A stretch of DNA of 37,801 nucleotides, taken from IMG/VR virus record IMGVR_UViG_3300032303_002088, positions 1-37,801 of that record, one strand, 5' to 3'. Below, in pieces: positions 16,457-26,500 of this stretch (position 1 is the stretch's first letter; every line of letters starts with the position of its first letter). A program made the translations under genes and the position numbers. Source of the stretch: a virus. Its lineage: Duplodnaviria > Caudoviricetes. The notes under the pieces are model-generated. The model was not told the origin of the DNA, searched no databases, and saw only the letters and a program-made list of their open reading frames with translations.

Positions 16457-18289
16457 ATGTGGCATTGTCCAGAAAAATATAATAAAAAAGATTTAGTTGA
16501 TATTAATAAACAACTATTAGAAATACAGGGTCCAATGCTAGATAAAGAAGCTAAAATAAGTTTAGCTAAGTTTTTAAGAGCAAATCTTGGATTAACAACA
16601 GAATTAATAAGTGGAATTAAATTAGCTCCATATCAAGAGGTAAATTTAAAAGCCTTTTTTAATCGTAATTTTAATATGTGTGTTTGGGGTCGAGGATGCT
16701 CAAAATCTTTTATCGCAAGCGTATATTGTTTTTTACAATGTATTTTTGAACCTAACTCTAAAATTTTAATTGCAGGACCAACATTTAGAACTGCAAGAAA
16801 TATTTTTACAAATTTAGAAAAAATTGTCAATAGCAAAGAAGCTCAACTTTTACAACAAGCTTTTGGAGTAAAAAGTAAAAGAAATGATTTATTCGAATGG
16901 GAAATTAATGGAGGTAATATTGTTGCTATTCCTCTTAATGGTGAAAAAGTTCGAGGCTTTAGAGCCAATGTGCTTGTGCTTGACGAGTTTCTTCTTATAC
17001 CAGAAGATATTATAAAAAATGTTCTTATGCCATTCTTAGTCGCACCTCAAAATATGAAAGAGCGTATTCAGATAAGAGAAATGGAAGATAAACTTATACA
17101 AGAAGGCATTATGAAAGAAGAAGATAGAATGGTATTTCCAAATAAATCTAAAATGATTGCTCTTTCTTCTGCAAGTTATACATTTGAAAATCTATATAAA
17201 ACTTATAAAGAGTGGGTTGCAAATATATATTCAGAAGAAGCAGTCAAAGATGCCACTTATTTTGTAAGTCAAATGGGTTATGAAGCATTACCAGAAGAAA
17301 TGGTAGATAAGACTATTATTGAAGAAGCTCAAGCTGGAGGTTTAAGTCATAGCGGATTTTTAAGAGAATATTGTGCTCAATTTACAGATGGAAGTGATAG
17401 TTATTTTTCTGCTAAAAAAATGCATTTATGTACTATTCCAGATGGAGATTCGCCAACTTCTAAAATATATGGAGATAAAGATAAAAAATATATATTAGCA
17501 ATTGATCCTAGTTTTAGTAATAGTCCAAGTTCAGATTATTTTGCTATGTCTATAATTGAAGTTGATGAAGAAAAAAAAGATGGAATACTTGTTCATTCTT
17601 ATGCTGTAGCGGGTGGAGATTTAAAAGATCATATTATTTACTTTCATTATCTAATGACAAATTTTAATGTAGAAATGGTTATCATTGATAATGCTGGTTA
17701 TCAATTTATTGACTCTGCTAATGAAAATGAATTATTTAAAAGATCTGGAATTGAATTAAAATTTTTTCAAGTTAATTCAGATGCAGAAGGAATTGAGTAT
17801 GATCGTATGATAAAAGATGCAAAAAGACAATATAATAAAGAAACAAAAAGAATTTGCTTTAAACAAATGTTCACTACTGATTTTATTCGTAGAGGTAATG
17901 AATATTTGCAAGCTTCTATAGATCATAAAAAAATATGGTTTGCAAGTCGTATATGTGCAAATGGAGATGCTTTTGGAAGAGCAACAGGTGCAAATATAAA
18001 TATTGAATCAACTGGATTTGACAATTTAATAGACTTTGTAGAAAACCAAGATGATATGATATATGCCACTAAAAAAGAATGCAGTTTGATAGAAGTCAAA
18101 AGTACAAGCCGTGGAATCCAATCATTTGATTTACCTCAACATCTTAAAAGAAACACTAGTTCTCAAAGAGCTAGAAAAGATAGATATACAGCTCTTATGC
18201 TTGGTAATTGGGCAAGTAAAATTTATTTTGATATGATTAAAATTCAAGATAAAGTGGAAAATGAAACATTTAGCCCTATAATGTTATAA
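16457..18289 (+). CDS. terL: Terminase large subunit
   Basis: GRGCSKS Walker A variant, RGFRANVLVLDE Walker B, SSA coupling motif, nuclease AIDP, IID, KDRYTA. Confidence 0.92.
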   Translation: MWHCPEKYNKKDLVDINKQLLEIQGPMLDKEAKISLAKFLRANLGLTTELISGIKLAPYQEVNLKAFFNRNFNMCVWGRGCSKSFIASVYCFLQCIFEPNSKILIAGPTFRTARNIFTNLEKIVNSKEAQLLQQAFGVKSKRNDLFEWEINGGNIVAIPLNGEKVRGFRANVLVLDEFLLIPEDIIKNVLMPFLVAPQNMKERIQIREMEDKLIQEGIMKEEDRMVFPNKSKMIALSSASYTFENLYKTYKEWVANIYSEEAVKDATYFVSQMGYEALPEEMVDKTIIEEAQAGGLSHSGFLREYCAQFTDGSDSYFSAKKMHLCTIPDGDSPTSKIYGDKDKKYILAIDPSFSNSPSSDYFAMSIIEVDEEKKDGILVHSYAVAGGDLKDHIIYFHYLMTNFNVEMVIIDNAGYQFIDSANENELFKRSGIELKFFQVNSDAEGIEYDRMIKDAKRQYNKETKRICFKQMFTTDFIRRGNEYLQASIDHKKIWFASRICANGDAFGRATGANINIESTGFDNLIDFVENQDDMIYATKKECSLIEVKSTSRGIQSFDLPQHLKRNTSSQRARKDRYTALMLGNWASKIYFDMIKIQDKVENETFSPIML

Positions 18290-18318
18290 ATAGGTGTAAT
18301 TTTTAAAAATAACTAAAA

Positions 18319-20193
18319 ATGGCTAAAAAACCCCAAAAAGACGAAAAATTAACAAACTTCACAACTGTTGAACCTTTAATGGCTGTGGCAGGAATGAAAG
18401 AAATAAAAGCTTCTGATAAGATGAGAAGAAATCGTGCTGGAACTATTGAGAGAACAGATAAATACGCTAATATCTCTAATGGACTAATTCCATTTAATCG
18501 TGCAGCTAACAATATTTATAGTGCATCTAATATGGATATTAGAGATGCCGTTATTTTATGCCAAAAGTGCTATTATAATTTTGCTATATTTAGAAATACA
18601 ATTGATCTTATGACTGAATTTAGTTCTAGTAAGATATATTTTAAAGGTGGAAGTCAAAAAAGTAGAGATTTTTTTGAAGCTCTATTTGATAAAATTAATC
18701 TATGGAGCTTTCAAGATAAGTTTTTTCGTGAATACTATCGTTCTGGTAATGTATTCATTTATCGTTTTGATACTAATATTAAAGAAGATGATTTAATTAA
18801 AATCACTCAAACATTTGGAATAAGTAAAGCTGCTTCTGTTGTTTTACCTGCTCGTTATATAATAATTAATCCTGCAGATATTCAAATTGGCGGTAATATA
18901 AGTTTTGTCACTAATAGATTTTATAAAGTATTAAGTGATTATGAATTAGAAAGGCTACGTCATCCAAGAACAGATGAAGATAAAGAAGTATATGATTCTC
19001 TTCCAGAAGAAGTAAAACAAAATATTCAAAAGAAAGCTAATACTGCTTTAATGCCTCTTGATACTCATCGTCTTGTTGCTGTGTTTTATAAAAAACAAGA
19101 TTACGAGCCATTTGCAGTTCCTATGGGATATCCTGTTCTTGAAGATATTAATGCAAAAGCTGAAATGCGTAAAATGGATATGGCAGTAACAAGAACTACT
19201 CAACAAGCAATTCTTCTTATTACTATGGGAACAGATCCAGATAAGGGCGGTATCAATCAAAAAAATCTTGAAGCAATGCAAGGCCTCTTTCAAAATGAAA
19301 GTGTTGGTAGAGTTTTAATTGCAGATTATACAACAAAAGCAGAATTTGTTATTCCAGGAATTGCTGATTTACTTGATCCTAAAAAATATGAAGTAATTGA
19401 TAAAGATATTCAAATAGGATTAAATAATATTCTTATTGGTAGTGAAAAATTTGCTAATCAAAGCATCAAGGTTCAAGTCTTTATTGAAAGACTTAAACAA
19501 GCCAGAGAAGCATTTATTAATGAATTTTTATTTCCAGAAATTGTTAGAATCAGTAAAAGTCTTGGATTTAAAAATTATCCAACACCTTCTTTTGAAGATA
19601 TTGATCTTAAAGATGATATTCAATATGCTCGTATTTATAATCGTTTAGTTGAATTGGGAGTATTAACTCCAGAAGAAGGTATTATAGCTATTGAAACTGG
19701 TCGTTTACCAGATCCAGAATCATCTTTAGAAAGTCAAGTTAAATATAAAGATCTTAGAGATCAAGGTTATTATACTCCATTAATTGGTGGAAATCAGGCC
19801 CAAGCTGGCAGACCAGCTGGAAGTACATCTCCACAATCTACAAAAAATGTAAGTCCAATAGGAACTGGCAAGCAATCTAAAGCTGAATTTAGTGCTAAAA
19901 AAGTTTCTGAAAATTTTGCTCTTGCTTCTAAATTAGAAGAACATGTAACAGATTTAATTAAACAAAAATTTAATATTAAAAGACTAAATAAACAACAAAA
20001 ATCTATAGTTGATGATATTACTAAAATGATTGTATCAAATGAAAATGTAGATCAATGGATTAATAATGCTTCTGCTTATGTTGAAAATCCAATAGATAAA
20101 AATCAAGATAATATTAAAGAAACTCTTGATATTGCTTCTAATCATCAAGTAGATAGTTATATTGCTGGAATACTTAGAAATAGTAAAATTTAA
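18319..20193 (+). CDS. Portal protein
   Basis: 624 aa directly after terL; FRNTIDLM, REYYRSGNVF and GRP motifs of portal-like proteins. Confidence 0.8.
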   Translation: MAKKPQKDEKLTNFTTVEPLMAVAGMKEIKASDKMRRNRAGTIERTDKYANISNGLIPFNRAANNIYSASNMDIRDAVILCQKCYYNFAIFRNTIDLMTEFSSSKIYFKGGSQKSRDFFEALFDKINLWSFQDKFFREYYRSGNVFIYRFDTNIKEDDLIKITQTFGISKAASVVLPARYIIINPADIQIGGNISFVTNRFYKVLSDYELERLRHPRTDEDKEVYDSLPEEVKQNIQKKANTALMPLDTHRLVAVFYKKQDYEPFAVPMGYPVLEDINAKAEMRKMDMAVTRTTQQAILLITMGTDPDKGGINQKNLEAMQGLFQNESVGRVLIADYTTKAEFVIPGIADLLDPKKYEVIDKDIQIGLNNILIGSEKFANQSIKVQVFIERLKQAREAFINEFLFPEIVRISKSLGFKNYPTPSFEDIDLKDDIQYARIYNRLVELGVLTPEEGIIAIETGRLPDPESSLESQVKYKDLRDQGYYTPLIGGNQAQAGRPAGSTSPQSTKNVSPIGTGKQSKAEFSAKKVSENFALASKLEEHVTDLIKQKFNIKRLNKQQKSIVDDITKMIVSNENVDQWINNASAYVENPIDKNQDNIKETLDIASNHQVDSYIAGILRNSKI

Positions 20194-20585
20194 TTATTAA
20201 TATTAACAAATAAATCCATATATTTTCTTGTCCATGATCTTATTTCATTATATTTATCGTTAAAATAGTATAATTTTTTAGGATTATTTTCATCAATAAA
20301 TTTTTTTGCTATATTTTTTGAATCAGTTGAATTAGAAGAAGCCCAAAATAAAACTATATATTCTTTTTTATTCAATTGATATTTAAAATTTTTAAAATAA
20401 TATAAATCATTAAATTTTGATATATTTTTTTCAAAATCTTCTACTTTAATAAAACAAAAAAAAGATTTTCCTTCTAAATATATAGAAGCTCCATTTCGTT
20501 GCCATTTCCTCAAGCAATTAATAATTTCAGCAATTTTTGATTTAAATTTAGATTCTATTAGTATATTAATTATTTCTTTTTCCAT
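20190..20585 (-). CDS. hypothetical protein
   Basis: 131 aa, starts 2 nt after the giant ORF; stop overlaps the portal stop. Confidence 0.65.
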   Translation of the reverse strand: MEKEIINILIESKFKSKIAEIINCLRKWQRNGASIYLEGKSFFCFIKVEDFEKNISKFNDLYYFKNFKYQLNKKEYIVLFWASSNSTDSKNIAKKFIDENNPKKLYYFNDKYNEIRSWTRKYMDLFVNINN

Positions 20586-20587
20586 TT

Positions 20588-23500
20588 TTAAACTCCTGTA
20601 TATGAATTATTATATTTAAATGGAGACTCTGCAAAAGCTGCAAAAATATATTTTTGTGCATTCATATTTATAAGACAATTTGCTGAATCTGCTGATTTTA
20701 TCTTAAATCCATTTGAAAAGAATTCTATATTATTTTCAGTTGTATTTAAAATTGTTGAGTTTTTATTTAATATATAATAATTTGTGGCTGGATTTGTTTT
20801 ATTATTATAATTATCTATCATAATCCAATGTGTTTTTTCTGCATTAGTTGTCGCTGGCCAAACATTCATATTTTTAATAATAATTAATTTTGGAGAGAAA
20901 TTTGTAGTAACAAATGGTCCATTTGCTAATCCATTTCCTATATAAGATCCAAACTTACTACCACCTTCTGTTTCTCCAAATAATAATGAAAAATATGTTT
21001 CTCCAGATATATTACCAGTTCCTTGAGCAATAAATGATCTATTTGTAAATAATCCATAAGGTCCAGAAGACCCAGTTATTCCATTCCAAGATCCAATTAA
21101 TTCTCTTGTTGTATCACTTGGAATAACAGAATAAGAGCCTGATGTGGTAATAATAGGAGTTTGATATGGTTGCATTCTATACTGACCGTATATACCAAAT
21201 CCACTTGTTGAAGCTGTATCATTATTTATTGGAGCAGCTATACCAGAAAGCATAATAGCAAAACCTGTAGGAGATTTTAAATTACTATCACCAACACCAA
21301 CAATTCTAAAAAATCCAGTTTGATCATAACCTAATGCAAATCCGCTATTAGTAATAGTACTATTCCATTGACTACTTAAATTTAAAACTTGATTTGCAGT
21401 ATTTGCACCACTATAAGTTGCAATAGTAATATAATTTTTACCATCTTGTGTTATTGGAGTTTGAAATGGAATATGATTTTGATCTCCAATACTATATAAA
21501 AGTCCCCAAATTTTTGGCCCAACATTACCAGGAGTAGTATTTGTTATTACAGACAATCCACTTATGCCTTTAATTACAAATCCAGTTAATGGATTTGTTG
21601 GTATATTTGCATTTCTATAACCAATTCCAAATTGCCAATATTTTCCTAAATCATTTGAGTTATATATATCTTGAATAGTAAATGTTGAAGAGCATGGATG
21701 AAATCCACTTACAAGCCAACCATTTAAAGATGTATTTGGTTTTGTGCCAGTTAATCCAGGTCCTAAAGAAAGTCCACTAAAGAAAATTCCAGTATTAGTA
21801 AATCCAGGATCAAATCCTGTAATGTTTCCACCTTTTGGAATACGGAAAGCGATAACTGGAGATCTATCAGAATATAATCCTGTAATTCTACTAGCACTTG
21901 TTGTTTCAAGAATGCCTGATACATTTGTTAATGTATAAGACCCTTCATTATTTGGACCATAATTTATAAGGTTTTTTAAAAGATATGCACCACTATTATT
22001 AACTGGTAAATTTTTATTTAATAAAACAGAAGAATAGTTATATTCCATTTCATGATGCCATATCCACCAGTCAGATGATTGAGTCATACATTTTGTAATT
22101 ACAAAAGCTGGAGTTTTTTCAAGATTATGTGATATATATTGAATATTTCTTGAATCTAAAGAATTTCCTGTATAAACTAGCATCTCCATTTTGCCTCTAG
22201 TATCTACAAATGGATAGGACAATTTATTATCATTAGAACCAAAGTTATAAGCTGTAAATTTTATTGTTCCACTTGGAGGATTAAAGAAATCTTTTGTTTT
22301 AGGTCTTCCTAAATTAAATACATAACCTGCACCGCTATAATTAAATATATTTTCATCTCCAGCTTTTACAACAGCATTAGAATTATTTTGAAGATTTGAA
22401 CCTACTATAATAAAATCTCCTAATCGATTAATAGCTATATGAGAACCAAAATTATTATATTGATTACGATTTGAGGCTGTTAGTTTTGAATTTCTAATAA
22501 ATGATCCACCTTGACCAGTATAAGTATATATTGATCCTGCGTCTGGAAGATTGTTATATGGTTGTCTGAATGATTGAGAGAAAAATTCTTTAGGTGCACC
22601 AACAAATACAACATGGCCAGAATCACTCATCGCTACAGAATGACCAAATAAAGAACTATAAGGTCTACGTATACTTCCAAATCCAAAATTGATATCAGGA
22701 TATATATTTGGAGTAATTCTCGCTTCTTTGTTATAATCCCCAGTTATTCCAGTTATCATTGAATTTCCAGTTTGATCTATAGGAGAAAAATAAACATAGG
22801 CTTTTCCTGTGCCATCAATATTTTTATTAGGAACAATTAATCTACAATATCCAGAAGATAAATAATCTATATTTGCACCACAATTAAAAGCTAAATCATA
22901 TAGAGAATTTACTCCAGTAATTTTAAATGTATTAGATGGAATAAGTTGTCCAGTTCTTAGTCCTGCTGCACCAAAATCAACAAGTCCAGAATCACCAATT
23001 GAAATACCATGAGGAATATTTAATTCTAAGTTACCACTATATCCCGTTGTTGATATAAATACATTTCTTCCTGGAAAATTAGTTTGTATTTGTTTTAATC
23101 CTTTTAATGTAGTTTCTTTGTGCCTTTTATCGAAATTAAATAAATTATTGTAAAATGTAGATGGAAAATCATTTTGATTTGTTTGTACTAAAAATGGAGC
23201 ATTCATTCTAAAATTAGCATAATTTTCTGCTCCAGTTACAAACTCTGTTATATCTCCAAAAATTTTAAAATCTCCATTAACAATATTGTCTCCAATAAAT
23301 ATTCCTGTACCAATAAATCTTTGTATAGTTGGCACTGCATTCTGCGCTAGGACTCTGAATGTACCTGATGTGCCACCACTGATAACGATTGGATTACTAG
23401 ATAAATCAAATCCTAGACTAAGATCAACCGTGGTGTTGTTCGCAAAAGTAGAACTTTTTAATGTTTGAAAGGAGTTATAATTTTGACCACTAAATAATAA

Positions 23501-26500
23501 AGACCAAAATCTTGGACCAGTATTGTTTGTTTTAAACTTTAATCCCTCAAAATTTTTTACTCTTAGTCCGCTATATGGAAAACCAGAACAACCTATTGTA
23601 AATTGCCAATAATTCTCTTGATTATTTGCATTTTGTATTTCACTTGCAGATGTGCCAGACACAACAAATCCTGTACAAGCCCAACCATCATCGCTTAACG
23701 TATTATTATTTATTTTTAGTCCTGTGCCTAAAGACAATGTAGAAACAAAAATTCCACTTCTATTTGTAAAATTAGCTTGAGCTGTCCTTCCAGTTTTAAG
23801 TATGCCAGTTGGAATATTATATTCTGTAATTTTTGCGTTATATAAAGTCCCTAGACTATTTAAAAATCCTGTTTGTAAAAATGCTCCACTTGAACTGTCT
23901 AATTGATTATAGTATGATTGATTAGAGCCTATCCTATAAATTCCAGAAACTATTGTATAAACATTTTTAGGATCAAAATTACCAGATGGTGCTCCAATCA
24001 CTATAACATTTCCAGAGGCATTCATTCCAATACTATAACCAAAACATCCAGAATCTGATGGATAAGAAGGATTTGTTATAATATTTTTTATATTAAAATT
24101 TGAACCAGATCCAGTAATAATATATACTTGCCCTACATTTTTTTCTGAAACATTGCTTGGATATTCAAGTTCTTGACTATATCCTGGAGCACCTGCAGCT
24201 ATAACATGTCTACCACTTGAGATACTTGGAACATTAACATCTATATCCCATCCTAAATAAGATCCAGAAGATCCAGTAATTTTCTTACATAAAGACCAAG
24301 CATTTTGACTACCAGTATAAATATAAACTGCTCCGTTTTTAAATTGACCATCTTGAGGCGCACCAATAACTATTAAATTACCATCTTGATTAATTTTTAC
24401 TTTATGACCAAAATTTTCTTGTCCATGTAAATTAGAATCTCCAGTAAAAAATGTACTAAAATTATAATTTAATAAACTTCCATTAAATACATATGCCATG
24501 CCTGCATTTGTCATAGTATTAACTGTATTATTTAGTAAATTTAAACTAGATGTATAAACTATATTAGAATTAGTTAAATAAGGTTTTAATCCAATCAATT
24601 GTCTTCCATCAGAACTTATTGAAATTTCTCTCCAATCGTTTTTTGCTAAACTTGAAAATGCTGAATTATTCCAAGAAATACCTGTATTTATTGACATCCA
24701 AACACCATTTGAATTTATAGAAGTTCCTGTTGCAGATGCAAATTGAAATCTACCATCTCTATTCATTGAACATGAACTCCAATTAGCAATTATATTACGA
24801 TCAGTCCATGCTAGTCCATTATTTTGCGAATTATATATAGATCCAGTTGAATCAACAGCCATTTGATATTTACCGTCTTCACTAATACTAACAGAAGCCC
24901 AACTTCTAGCATATTCACGAGCTGTCCAATTTAATCCTTTATCTGAAGATACATAAAGGTTTGTGCCATATCCTGCAGCAATTTGATATTGACCATCAGA
25001 ACTTACTGCAACTGATTTCCAAGATCTATTATTTTCTTTAGGTATCCATTTATTTCCAGCGCTATCAGAAATATAAATTTTATCTCCTTCTGCAACTAAC
25101 GTTTGATATTTGTAATCTTTACTTACAGAAATCGCTGTCCATTTTTTAGCTGTTATAACTGGAGTAACATTAAGTTTTTTATATTTCCAAGTTGTACCAT
25201 AATCTAAAGACTCCCAAAGATTAAGATCATCCTCTATACATGCTATTTGATATTTACCATCTTCACTCATATCTACAGATGTAAAACGTAAATATGGATT
25301 ATTACTTGATTTATTAATCCAATTAATTCCATAATCAGATGAAACATACATTTGGGAATATGAACTTATAGCTATTTTATATTTACCATCATTACTTTGA
25401 GCTATTTTACAAAATCTAGAACTGATATCGAATGCAACTGAACGTTGAATCCAAGAACTACTATCAAATATACTTGGAAATACTCCTGTAGATTTTATAT
25501 AAGAAGTTTTTGGAGCGCCAACTACTATTGTACTTGAATCTGAATTTACAGAAACAGAGTAACCAAAAGCATTACTAGTTGTTGCTCCAGTTAATATTCC
25601 ATTTTGTAATCCTGTATATCCAGTTTGATAAAAACCTTCAGTAACTCCAGCTCCATAACCAACCCACATTCCATATCTTGCATTTTTAGTTGGCCAGACC
25701 CAATCATTATTAGAATCAAAAATAAAATTATAGTAATATGGATATTCTCCTGTTTTATAAGATCTTAATCCAGTTATTTCTGTATTTTTAAAAGAAATAT
25801 TTCCTGCTAATCCTGTAAAAATAACTACCGATCCTGTAGAAAAAGAACTAGAATTTGAATATGGTCTTACTAAATGACTAGAATTTATATTTGGTGCACC
25901 AATTACAATAGAAGTTCCTAAATTATTAATTGCTACAGATTGTCCAAAATCAGATGTACGTTTTCTACCACTTAAAAATTTAACTTCTGCTATTCTTCCA
26001 TTAAAAGTATCTAAATTATACCATCTTTTGCCCATAAAAGATGTATCTGCTGGAACTCCAAGATCATAAGCTGGATTTTGAGAATTAATTTGTAAATATA
26101 AATTATTTCCACTACCAAGTAAATTTCTATTTGGCACTATAATAGGTTCATAATATAACGCTGGAGTTGTTCCATGTGCAGGTGTAGCTTCTTTACCTTT
26201 CACAAGCATAAATAAAGAAGGATTATCACCAGTACCAAAATCAACAGATGTAAATTCTCCAGATGCCATTATATCTTGAGAATTAAATTCTTTAATTTGA
26301 AGATGTTCTTTAGGATTAATAGCTAAATTATCTAAATGTACTGTATTTAAACTTCTCCAATATCCACTTGTATTATAAGAATTTGCATAACCAGTTATAT
26401 TTTCTCTACTATAAATATCTTTCCATAATTTAAAAGGTTTCTGTCCAAAATTTATTTCAGCTAATCCTTTATTAATTGTTTGTAAAAATGGATAATAATA

